Below, one piece after another: positions 44,208 to 54,821 of a DNA stretch of 64,000 nt. A program made the translations under genes and the position numbers. Position 1 is the stretch's first letter, and every line of letters starts with the position of its first letter. The notes beneath the pieces are model-generated. The model saw only the letters and a list, made by a program, of their open reading frames with translations. It was not told where the DNA came from and searched no databases. The stretch is from Selaginella moellendorffii (lineage: Eukaryota > Plantae > Lycopodiophyta): positions 1,002,074 to 1,066,073 of the forward strand of contig NW_003314273.1 of assembly GCF_000143415.4 (NCBI RefSeq), read 5' to 3'.

Positions 44208-44703
44208 CTGGATGGCTAATCGCTGATCGCCCCCAACCAATGCGGCTTCTTCTTGCTTCTTGCTTAAGACGCTCCAAAGAACCAGAGGCTCCTACAGCCT
44301 TTCTTTAGCTGTGACACAAACACACACACACACACTGTGCCTAGGAGGCTAGCCAAAACAACAAACAAGTATAAATATACCAGTGCCTTCTGCCCTCTTT
44401 ATCTATCTTGTTAACTGCTACTTTGTTCCTCCCTGTCGTACACCCCAGGCACGGAACACGGAAGGGTACGACACCGTAACACCACAGCTGGATGGGAAAT
44501 CCCTCATTTCCCGCTACTCTACTGCCACACCCCTCCAACAACACACATGGCCTCTTTGATTGCGAGCAAAGCTTTGACTCTAGTCAAATATCGGTCAACG
44601 TCAGCTTTTTTCGTGTAGAAGCGAAAGAATCAGCGCTAAACAAAGATCCAAACATGCATGTGCACCGCCCGCAAATGCTATTTACAAATCACTCGGACTA
44701 GAC

Positions 44704-46841
44704 CTAGATTGGCGCTGGCTGCTCGTGCTCGAGATGATTGTTGAGGAAGTGAAGCAGCGACAAACTGGACGCCAAAACGTCATCGTCACTCACACTCTCC
44801 GCCGGGGAATGGCTGATCCCGCCTTTGCACCTCACAAACAGCATCCCAATCTGCCACAAATGAGGCGAATTCTCTAAGCCACCATGACAATTTCTAAAGC
44901 GTTTAGCTACCTTGGTTAGATGGGACATTGCCATTGCGTCGTGGCCAGCTCCGCTCATTAGGCTGGGCACTAGGTCGTCCGCGGCCGGTGCATCCACACC
45001 ACCTCCTCCAGGAACCTCCAAAACTGTGGATTCAGCAGCTGCTTTTAAGCTAGCCATCAAATCCTTGTCACAGCCAACAGCCTTGGCCTCATGCTACGTA
45101 CCACCACTAAAGAATATTAGCCGAGGACCGACATGCGACTGTTAGACGACGCAAGAACTTTACCATTTTGTCGATGGTGCAGGACAGTCCCCGCCCCCTG
45201 CAGATGCTGCGAATAGATTCTTCAACTTCCCCCACAATTTCCTCCCGAAGGGAATCGTCCGTCGCTCGGAGATCGATCGTGAACGCAACCTGCTTGGCGG
45301 GTCCAGCAAATCCATTAAATCAAGCTTTTTCTTTCTTTTCTGGCGGTGTTTCTCTTGTTCATTACCTCCCCAGGTATGACGTTGCTGGCACCGGGCCATG
45401 AAAATATCTCGCCCACCGTGCACACAAGCCGGCCTCCACCGGGAACTCGAGCCAGCGTGGGGCTGTCCCTGCACAACTTTTCCACCGAAACTATGGCTTG
45501 CGCTGCTCCCGGCATGGGATCCTTCCTCATTGCCATTGGCACCGTGCCGGCGTGGCCTTGTGCTCCATGCAGCCGCACCTGATACATGTGATCAAAATGG
45601 ATGGACTAAATACACTGAAAGCGCTGTCTACGTACTTTGAGCCGGGTCTGGCCCGCGATTGCCTCCACAAGTCCGAGTGGGATCCCACGGGCCTCCAACA
45701 CCGGACCTTGCTCGATGTGCACCTAAAGCAGCAGCGACGAAAGTTACTCAAGCCACTCTCTGTCACTTTGTCTCGCTTAATTTACCTCCACGTAGCCCCA
45801 CACCGATTCCGGAGAATATCTGAGCTGCACAAGGCTGTCTCTGGTCCCCTTGAAGGAGCGTGTTTTGAGAGACGTCTCCAAAGTGACACCACTGCAAGCA
45901 ATGAACGAATGACGCTCAAAGTCAGAACCACAAACAACATCGTATACGTAGCAAAAGAGGAAGGGAGAGCAGAGCACCTTCGATCTCGAATGGACAAGAT
46001 GTCGGGTCGGAGCACCCCAGCAACGGCAGCGCTTCCCAGGAATGTGGACTGGAAACGAACGCCCTCCTCGTCACAAAACGCGATTATCTGCAAGCAAAAA
46101 GCCAGGAGGAATGATTTAGAAGTGACAAATTGCATGGTACCTCAATCGGACGCACGTAGCTCCGGAGCTTGCCATTGCTATTGAGCATCTTGACGGCGGC
46201 GATGGCCGAGACTATCCCCAAGGCTCCATCATACTTGCCGGCGTCGATGACGGTATCCTGCACGAGAATCTCATCAGAATCCCTTAGGAATCTAGTGGAA
46301 TCCCCAAGTATCTGTACCAAATGAGACCCCATCAAAAGGGCTGGCGCCGACGCATTAGCACCGTCGGCCCGACCGTGAATGTTGCCGATGTCGTCCATCC
46401 ATCTACACACAAACAAGGCAAAAAACAAAGGGACCATTGCAAAACATGTCCGGAAAAGTCGATTACGTGTCGAGGCCCGCATCTTGCATCCATTCTTGCA
46501 CAAGCTTTCCTGCTCGTATCGCGGCGGGGCTCAGAAAGGTTCGCTCCAAAAACTCCTTGGAATCACTTGTCTGGAATTGTAGAGCGCGATTAGGATCCAA
46601 ACGAGACACCGAAAAAGATGATAGGCAAGGGCGCAACCTTGCCGAGCTGGTTGAGCCTGGCAACGGCTTCGTCCCTGAGAGTTTTGATGGCATCTAGAGA
46701 GTCCTCGGATGTGGCGATTTCTGTCAGCACGACGCAAAGCAGGGGCAAAACATTAGAGGGGCGATTTGCATGCAAGCGGAGATTCCACTTACTGGCCAAG
46801 AGAAGCAAGACGAGTAGCAGACCGCATGGAGCGGCAGCCAT
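44704..46841 (-). CDS. AAH: Allantoate amidohydrolase (allantoate deiminase); multi-exon
   Basis: LERTFLSPA, GSHLDTVIDAGKYDGALG, AFCDEEGVRFQSTFLGS, EVHIEQGPVLE, QGHAGTVPM, SGAGHDAMAM, GGISHSPAE. Confidence 0.95.
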
Positions 46842-47193
46842 CGCCACAAGAAAGAGCTTCCCTACAAGCGAGAGAGAAAGGAGAGAGCGAGTTAAATAAA
46901 AAGGCCCGACGCCTACCACTTGGGGGCGATCAACGCCGTTGGGGGCCCAACGGGGAAGATCCGTGCTCCGGCGAGCTGGGAGAGTAGTCACTCACTGCTG
47001 TCAGCCTTTCTTCGTTTTTGTCAATATTTTGTGGCCGCAGGAAAGATGCTTATGTCAGAGTGCGTGTGTCTCGTAGCATCCTCCGCTAGGTGGTGCGTTT
47101 CATTCGGCTTTCCTTTTCGTCTCTAAGCCAAGGTTTTAACATAACAAATTAAACGCGTTCGTTACAAAAAAGTTTCTTCAGTATGAACATTCT

Positions 47194-48996
47194 TCATTCT
47201 CGCTTATCTTGCTGCTCACTGTCTTCGTCCAGCCGAAACACGTCGCTACTCACTATCTTCTTCTCCTTTCTTTCGGGTTTGATGTTAGCACCCACAGCCT
47301 CCGGCGGGATTGTCATCTTCGACGCTGTGAGAGGAATGGACTCTTCATCGCCGTCGTCGCTAATCTCTTCCGAGTAGGCATACCTGCATCAGTAGCAAAC
47401 ATAGTCAAGCGCCGCTTGGCATCGATAGATAGATAGATAGATAGCTCACTCACCTCGTAGAGTTATGTGAAGGAGCCCAAAGCGCACAGATGACGCACAG
47501 GATGCAAAACGTGAGCACGTTCCAGAAAGCTGAGATTATCCACGCGCTCGACCAGTGCTTCCCATCCGAATCCGAGGCCTTGAAATACAGCTGCGCACGC
47601 AAAGAAGCGGTCATCACTCCCGTGATTACAAAGAGACACTCACCTCGAATCCTATCCAAGCTACAGCCACAAGCACCGCAATGGCCAGAGAGTTTGTAAA
47701 CTTTCGGTACAGGTCCAGCTTCGCCGATTGTTTCTTCACCTGGAGCGCATCAATAAACACATGTGAGATGGAAAGAAAGAATCAAACGTTGGTTTTAACC
47801 TGCAGCTTCTCCAGCGTCCTTGACAGCGATGTGAAGATCCACAGGATGAAGAAGGCATCCAGGACAGCCACCGGCAAGACGAGCAGCAGCTTCACCCGGT
47901 AGGAGATCTCGTCGATCCGTCCAACGTGCTCAACCACATCCAAGCACTCTGACGCCACGAAGAAAGTTCCACCCAGGAACAGCACCTTGGACGTGAGACC
48001 CCCCAGCGTAGGCTGCACCACACCATAGCCCATGGAGACGATGAGCACCAGGATGCGGGACAGCGTCTTCTTGACAGCGCCAATGGTGACTGCCCACAGC
48101 GTTATGCCCACCGGCCGCTTCCCGGTGGCGTTAAAGTTGACGTAGTCGAAGTACCAGGTTGCCATCTCGGCCATGCCCAGGCCGATGACGAGCGTGATGC
48201 AGTTTTGGAGCTGGAGAATGTCTCGCCAGAACCGCGTGTACTGGACGAGCCACACCAATCCCAGCGCCAGGTACGCCACCGACATCAAGGCGTAGAATGG
48301 AACCAGCGGCGTCATCCTCCCGGGCAAGTAACCCGACGGATTCTTCCACACCGTCTTGCCGGTCACCTCGGCGGCCTCGAGCGCGGGATCGCAGTGCACG
48401 AAGTAGAGCAGATACATGCCCGTCTTGGTGATGACAATCTCCTCGACCGGCATCCGAGCCTGGGTGCTGGACTCGTCGAATTCCACCCGGACAACGCGCG
48501 GAGAGCTCGGGTTGTCGGTGGAGTTCCGGTAGATGATCTCACCTTCCTTGCAGCCAACTTCCCTGGCAAGGTCCGCGCTGCAGCACAGATCCAGGCGACC
48601 GACGTAGGCCGATCCGCCCAGATCGTCCCTGTCCGCCACATCGAACGCGAGAGCCTGGATGAAGTGCCCACTCCCGCCGGCTGCCTTGCGCCGGAACACA
48701 AGCGATTGATCAAACCTGTGCAAGCAAGCAAGCACGCAAGCACGCTCACTCAGAATTTCCACGGAGAGAATTCCACTTCTCTACCTGATGTACGATCGGC
48801 CATTGGCGAGCCCGGATTTGGCAGATCGCGGCGCCGATGCGTAGAGCCCCTCGCTGCCGCCGAAGTAGACAAAAGCATTACCCTGCGCTTCAAACCGGCC
48901 GTGGGAGTAGTCGTGGACCGACGCATCCACGAGGAGGAGGAAGAATGCCGCGCCACACAGCGCGGCGGCAGCCAGCAGCCGCAGCTGCTTCTCCAT
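47194..48996 (-). CDS. TMEM87/GOST (lung seven-transmembrane receptor family) protein; multi-exon
   Basis: Signal peptide, GGSEGL, WKNPSGYLPGRMTPL, LIVSMGYGVV.PTLGG, LWAPS.NSTRYAYSEE. Confidence 0.93.
47424..47444. repeat. (GATA)n microsatellite in an intron
   Basis: gatagatagatagatagatag. Confidence 0.85.
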
Positions 48997-49095
48997 GGAT
49001 CACCAAGCCCTAGCCAAGCCCTTGGCACAAATTTTCATACTTAGTAGGTCGGCCCACTTAAGATTATATAGCCAAAATGCATATCCAGCGACATC

Positions 49096-49292
49096 TCAGT
49101 CGAATGGGTCGATCCGGGGGTCGTGCTCGCTGGCCAGAGCCATTCCCGTGCACAGGCAAGTCGGGCACATCACCTGTATCCCCGCTTAAGTCACGAAAAC
49201 ACACAACAAAAGAAAAAGGTCCATCACCTTGGCTGCTCCCGAGCAATTGGGACACCTCTGCGTGGTCGTCCGGCGGATTTTCGATTTTCCTC

Positions 49293-49326
<34 letters not shown>

Positions 49327-50403
49327 TCCTCCTCCTCCTCCTCCTGCTGCTGCTGGCACTTCTGGCGAAGCTGTGTCGGGCAGGATCAAGACGGTTCCAG
49401 TTCCAGAGCAGCGCGCACAGGCGAGGTAGCCGGTCCCTACGCAGTACTTGCACCGCTTGTAGTCCTGCTGCTTCACGTTGTTGATCTCCACCACCATTAG
49501 AGCCGAGATCACGCCCACCGCGCCACCCGAGAAGGAAGCCACAATTGGATCCACCTGGCTGGATTTGCAAAAACACCACCTTTTGAGTTTACTGCCGCAG
49601 CTAAGTACCTGAGCTGGAGCGGAAGATGCAGCATCTGGATAAAATCCTTGTACGAAGAACCGCCCAGTCCCAGCTTGAGTTCCAACTGGAGATCAAGAGC
49701 TCAGGGTGAAAAAGCCACGTAATAGAAGAAGAGAGAACTCACGGAAGGGGCGAGAAGGCCTCCAAAAAGCATGATGCTTGCGATGAGGCCGAAGCAAATT
49801 GCGTAGTAGAGCTTCAAGGTCTCCGTTTTCTGGAAGAAAAGAGACACGAGTTTGGATTTGATTCCATGCGACGAAACTTACGAGTGGAGGAAAGAAGGGA
49901 ATGGACGATGGATACTCGGGCGTATCCCTGTCATCTTCCACTCCTTGCTCTGCGTTCTTGATTCGCAGCTGGATCCGCAGCCTTCTCACCTGCGGAAACA
50001 CACGGGTTTGCTCAACATCGTACCCATTAGAATCGAATCCCACACTCGCCTCCTCCATGAGCAGAAAGATTTTGTTGCGGCGGCTCATGATGTTGTCACG
50101 AATTTCCTGCAGCTCCATGGCTGCAAAATCCTGCACTGTGTTTGGCCCTTCGATGATGCAGAAACCCGCCACGCCGGCATTCTCCGCATCTGCTCTAGAG
50201 AAGAAAGGAGGAGCTCACAAATTCGTCCATACGCTGGCTTACCTGGAACTGGGGGGAGGAGGAGGATCCCCAGCAGCAGCAGCAGCTATGACACCCTTCG
50301 GGCCTCTCAAGGCAAGCCTGGAACAACAGTAGGCATGGCGGCGGAGGTGGTGGCCACGCGCGGTGAAGAACAAGGACGGATTCAATTTCGTGAGGCTAGC
50401 CAT
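49096..50403 (-). CDS. OR: ORANGE protein (plastid DnaJ-like zinc-finger chaperone); multi-exon
   Basis: GFCIIEGP.TVQDFA.MELQEIRDNI.SRRNKIFLLMEE, SQVDPIVASFSGGAVGVISALMVVE, CKYC.GTGYLACARC, CPTCLCTGMALASEHDPRIDPFD*. Confidence 0.96.
49295..49357. repeat. Compound (GCT)n(CCT)n trinucleotide repeat encoding poly-Ala/poly-Gly in ORANGE
   Basis: Seen directly in the sequence. Confidence 0.9.
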
Positions 50404-50550
50404 TCCTCGCTAGCTACGAACACGGATGAAAGGTCATACCTTGGGTTTATTCCCTTCCTAGTTCACTGTTTTAACTCGCTCGCTCACCTCCCTCTCCTCA
50501 AACTCAAAACGCTTTACTTATTTGCTTTGTTTGTGCCTCGAGAACTCTCG

Positions 50551-51849
50551 TCACGGCTCAAGCCCCGCACTAGTGGCAAAGCTGCTCAGGCAGATTGCAA
50601 ACGCCTGGAACGCCGACAGCGGGTAGCAAAAATCCATGGTATAGACGTTCTTGTCGATCTTGCCCAGCTGCAAGATTATCGTGTTGTTGTTGTTGTTGTT
50701 GTTGTTGCTGTTGCTGCTGCTGTCGGCGCTAATCAGCTGAAAGTTGTGCATGGATGGCATCGTTGCTCGGCCCTTGAAGTCGAGCGACCAGCACTGCTGC
50801 TGGGCATCCCATGCAGGAACTTTGCTCCGGAGCTCCAGGTGATGGCAGCCCTCCGACTCCACCTCACTCTCGTCTCCCTCGGCTTGCATCATCACCGGCA
50901 TCAAAGCAGCAGCAGCCGGAGGGAGAGCCACCGCCGCCGCAGCCGATCGGCTTGTGGCAGCAATCTCCAGCATCGACGACCGTCTACTCCTCCGCCTGAT
51001 CCTGTTGCTGCTGCTGCTACCGCAGCTCTTGAAGCTAGCATATGGGGAAGCACAGCTCCACGTGAGCAGCCACGACCTGACCGACGCAGGCATCAGCCTG
51101 CGCTCGTTCCTCAGCCTCCGCCTCTCGAGAACAAAACTGAGGCCGCCGCCAGCTTTGCATGGCTGCGGGAGAGCGCACTGGATGCGTCTCTGCCGGATCC
51201 CGTTCACTATATGCTCTACAAATCTCAAGCTTACCACCGGAATGCTGCTGGTCTTGCCGTCGTCGTCATCCGCGTCGTCTTGCTTCTCCCACAGCACAAA
51301 CTCGGACGCCCAAAAGTTGGACTTGAGCTTGCCAAGAGTGTCCGGGCCCTGCTTGTCCATGAGATCTTGCGGGTCCTTCCCGACGATGTACGAGAATCCA
51401 GTCGGGAGCCATCTCCGGCGGGCAGCCAAGAGGAAGTGCTTGTGGTCGCCATGAGCACCCGCATCCGACGCGTCCACACCACTGCTCATGAGGGTCTGGT
51501 ACAGAAGAAAGTGGTTCCCCTTGCGCGTGAGCAAGCACTGGATCGGAGGATGATGACCCCGAGGCCCCGGCTGCATCAGTCTCCACGGGAACTCGATCAC
51601 TGGGCATGAAGGCGGGGCGGAAGCGGCCCAATCCCCAACCTTGCTACCCTGCCGCTGGACGAAGCCAAGGATCTGGCTCCTCCACGATCGGCAAACCCCG
51701 GCCATTGCAACCACGCGCCTCGCTTGGCCTTTGCTCTGCTGCACCCTCTCCACCACGTTGGTCAGAAGCTCGGGAGCCAAATCCCCCCATGTCTCCAGGT
51801 CCTCGTCCTCCTGATCCAGGTCCTCGATCATCGTCGTCGTCGCCTCCAT
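50551..51849 (-). CDS. Tubby-like F-box protein, intronless
   Basis: F-box WGDLAPELL..VV; Tubby motifs LMQPGPR..PIQC, FLLAARR, GKLKSNF, CWSLDFKGRA...NFQL, MDFCYPLSAFQAFAICLSSF; (AAC)n poly-Asn near 50680-50706. Confidence 0.93.
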   Translation of the reverse strand: MEATTTMIEDLDQEDEDLETWGDLAPELLTNVVERVQQSKGQARRVVAMAGVCRSWRSQILGFVQRQGSKVGDWAASAPPSCPVIEFPWRLMQPGPRGHHPPIQCLLTRKGNHFLLYQTLMSSGVDASDAGAHGDHKHFLLAARRRWLPTGFSYIVGKDPQDLMDKQGPDTLGKLKSNFWASEFVLWEKQDDADDDDGKTSSIPVVSLRFVEHIVNGIRQRRIQCALPQPCKAGGGLSFVLERRRLRNERRLMPASVRSWLLTWSCASPYASFKSCGSSSSNRIRRRSRRSSMLEIAATSRSAAAAVALPPAAAALMPVMMQAEGDESEVESEGCHHLELRSKVPAWDAQQQCWSLDFKGRATMPSMHNFQLISADSSSNSNNNNNNNNTIILQLGKIDKNVYTMDFCYPLSAFQAFAICLSSFATSAGLEP

Positions 51850-52362
51850 TCCTGCGCACCCTCTTGGATGGACCCAACCGGAGGAGAGCCCCGTCACTCT
51901 CCGCCGTTTAGGTGCCAACCAATGAATCCATCCCTACATTTGAGCCGCACCACCGGATCCCCTGACGGCCCCCTCCCACCAGATGAAGGGATGGCGAGCG
52001 CCGCAGTCCACCAGAAAACAAATGACTGCCCATCCTATATGAGGCCGAGCCCGTCTGTATGACATGAGCATGAGTTAAAAAAGTTGCAAAAAAGAATATA
52101 TTTCCCCCCTGCCGGATCGCCTGGCCTTGAAGCTAGCAGACCTTTCACCGGCTATTGCCGTAATGTGAAACGTGGCCAGACACACCCCGGAAAAAGCCAG
52201 CCGACCATAGCAAGAGCATGACACCACCACTGCAACTGAGGAGGAGATGATCACCCCCTTGTTTTTTATATTTGGTAGTGGAGCCCCGTCTCTGTCACTC
52301 GAATGGAAATCCTAACGAACACTGACGAGAGAGCAAGTCGAGAGCTCCTCGCTCCTCCTCCA

Positions 52363-53859
52363 TCACAGCTGCTGCAACTGGGCTGGCAGCCGACAAAGTG
52401 GCTTGCCCCCACGCTTCCGTCGGCAGGCAAGTGAATCGAAGAGACAAGTGATCGACTTATCAATCACTCGAGCCGATTCCTCGAGTTGAGCCCCCACCAG
52501 CGCCATCTCTCTGCGGGAGCTTAGCTCGCGCAGCAGTTGACTCGCGGCGGCTGCTGTGCAAGTTTTCTCAGTGGACGGCTGGGGCCTGCCAGTGCTTGCG
52601 CTTTAGCTGTGGAAACAAATCGACACTGCGGAGCTTTTACCTCAGTGCATGCATTGCCGAGGGCAGAAGTGGCTCTAAAGTCACGCAAGGGACCGCATCG
52701 TTCCATGCTCGATTGGCGCGAATCTGGGAAGGGACAGGTGCTCAAAGCAAAAGAGAAAAGATATGCTTACGTTGATGCGACTGAGCATAGCCTTGGAGTT
52801 GGTCCAAGTTCCATCCATCAAAATGAAGTGAAGTGCACACGCAGCCTCCTCCTATAAAGCATTTCGAGTTATGCCCCCTCGACGTATCCTTCAGCTTTAC
52901 CTCCGACCGCTTTGATGCCTCCTCCACAAACACGTCTGCAATTGGAATCTCGTCGACCCGGTATCCAGTTTCATCCCGTCCCGGATAGACACACCACACA
53001 TTCTCGTGGCCTGTACACACAAGGCAAAGCTCAATAAGTGAGTGATACTTGTCTGGTCCATCTATCCACAAACCAGCCTGCTGAAGAGCGCTCCACATGG
53101 CATTCTCTTGCTGCTCCACGCCAAATATGCACAGCCTCACCGCCTCAAACCCAAAGGTTTGCCAGAGCAGCTTCCCGGTATTGTTCTTCCTCAGGAAATC
53201 CTGCACAGGAGAAGCACGAGTCACTTGAATCACGCCAAGTCAGCAGGCAGGCTCATACCAAATAGCACAGCATGCCCCACACTCAAAGCTGAATCCTTTA
53301 ACGAAGAGCGCGGAGAGAGTAAAAAGAAACGACACGAAAGGAGCGACACTACCTTGGGATGCATGTAGAGCCAAAGCTTGATACCGCGCCACAGCGATGC
53401 CTTGAGGATCTTGTTGCAGATGCAATCTTCCAGACGAGGCAGCCAGCACTAGAAATAGACAAAGCACCAAGAAAAAAAAAAATTACGGGCGAGAGAAAGA
53501 TCGCATACCCCGTCACACAGGTAGCCATCGGCGCTCAGCAGCCGGCACGCAATCTGCCGGGAAGAGAAAAACTGCAGCTTCTGCTCCGAATCCGCAATGC
53601 TTCTATAAACAGCACGATGCCTTTTGTCCTCTTCGAGCTGCAAAATTCCAGTATTACTCGTCCACTCCACTCAAACCACTCAAACCACCTCGACTTTGAG
53701 AGGAGGGCCGAGAGACTCAATCTTGGTAGCCGTCTCCTCGACGAGCTTGACGAGCATGGCAGGCGGCGGCTCGCAATCCCCGGTGAGAGACTGCCATCTC
53801 CTGAGCAATGCCTCCTTGTGGCTGTGCATACCTCGAGCTGCGGCGACGCTCCTCCGCAT
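52363..53859 (-). CDS. DTW-domain protein (tRNA-uridine aminocarboxypropyltransferase family); multi-exon
   Basis: RQIACRLL...YLC..CWLP..DCIC, WLYMHPKDFLRKNNTGKLLWQ, FILMDGTWTNSKAM, TCTAAAA. Confidence 0.9.
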
Positions 53860-53925
53860 AGCACATACAACCAGCTCTGTGTAACCCTAAAAATGCGAGC
53901 GTATCATACTTAGTAAAAGCTGTAT

Positions 53926-53996
53926 CATGCAGTTTGGAAGTGTGAGTGTTGCTTAATTTGACATGGCATCTTAACAAAGCAACATATAAACATGCA
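53926..53996 (+). promoter_or_regulatory. Two RY elements (CATGCA at 53926-53931 and 53991-53996) upstream of LEC1
   Basis: Motif match only; RY is the B3-domain (ABI3/FUS3/VAL) binding site. Confidence 0.35.
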
Positions 53997-54160
53997 AAGG
54001 GGTGGCAGCAAGCGTCAGATTTGGGACGGATTTCGGGCGGGTATGCGGCACTTCGTGTGTCGCTGAAGGTAAGCGGCATCACCCAGTTGGAGATAGATTC
54101 TCGAGTTGGATTGAGAGAGATCATAGGGCCTTTTCTCCGTTTGTAGGAGGGGCGGCGACG

Positions 54161-54688
54161 ATGACGGACGCGGGGAGTCCCGCGAGCACAGACAGCCGCA
54201 ACTCGGACGATGCCAACTGCAGCAGCATCCGGGAGCAGGACCGCTTCATGCCCATCGCCAACGTCATCCGGATCATGCGCAAGGTGCTGCCGGCGCACGC
54301 CAAGATCTCCGACGACGCCAAGGAGACGATCCAAGAGTGCGTGTCCGAGTTCATCAGCTTCATCACCAGCGAGGCCAACGACAAATGCCAGCGCGAGCAG
54401 CGCAAGACCATCACCGCCGAGGACCTCCTCTGGGCCATGAGCAAGCTCGGATTCGACGATTACGCCGACCCGCTCTCGCTCTTCCTCCACAAGTACCGGG
54501 AGATTGAAGGCGACCACAGGGGCTCCATACGAGGCGAGCCATCCTTGCTCGTCTCCACCAAGAAACCATCGTCGTCTTCATCCTCGCCCGCTCCCTCGGA
54601 TCATCTCTACGCCGCCGGCCTCGGCTACTACAAAGACTCTTCCGCGGCACCACTATCTTTCGTCCCGGATCCTTACGGCTACAAGTAG
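54161..54688 (+). CDS. LEC1: LEC1-type NF-YB/HAP3 transcription factor (possible upstream coding exon 53992-54040)
   Basis: [38 protein letters not shown]...[23 protein letters not shown] carries the LEC1-diagnostic residues, including the Asp in ISDDAK. Confidence 0.93.
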   Translation: MTDAGSPASTDSRNSDDANCSSIREQDRFMPIANVIRIMRKVLPAHAKISDDAKETIQECVSEFISFITSEANDKCQREQRKTITAEDLLWAMSKLGFDDYADPLSLFLHKYREIEGDHRGSIRGEPSLLVSTKKPSSSSSSPAPSDHLYAAGLGYYKDSSAAPLSFVPDPYGYK

Positions 54689-54821
54689 GAGTAGAAGAGA
54701 GCCCAAGTTTTCCAGAGAGCCAAGTTTTCCATCGGCCAAAAAACGCTTTAGGACTCCACCCGATCAAGTATTGTATGATGGTGATGACGACGATTTTATG
54801 ATACATACAACCCCTCAAACC

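Noticed and set aside
48205-49044. 279-aa plus-strand ORF (similar cases: 53717..54517, 43015..43722, 36003..37027)
   Set aside because: Shadow ORFs opposite well-supported genes.
49852-51609. 585-aa plus-strand ORF
   Set aside because: Antisense shadow of the GC-rich Tubby and ORANGE exons; no motifs; non-ATG start.
53660-53695. Apparent in-frame stops in the DTW gene (gtggtttga x2)
   Set aside because: They fall inside a 51-nt gt...cag intron, so the gene is intact.
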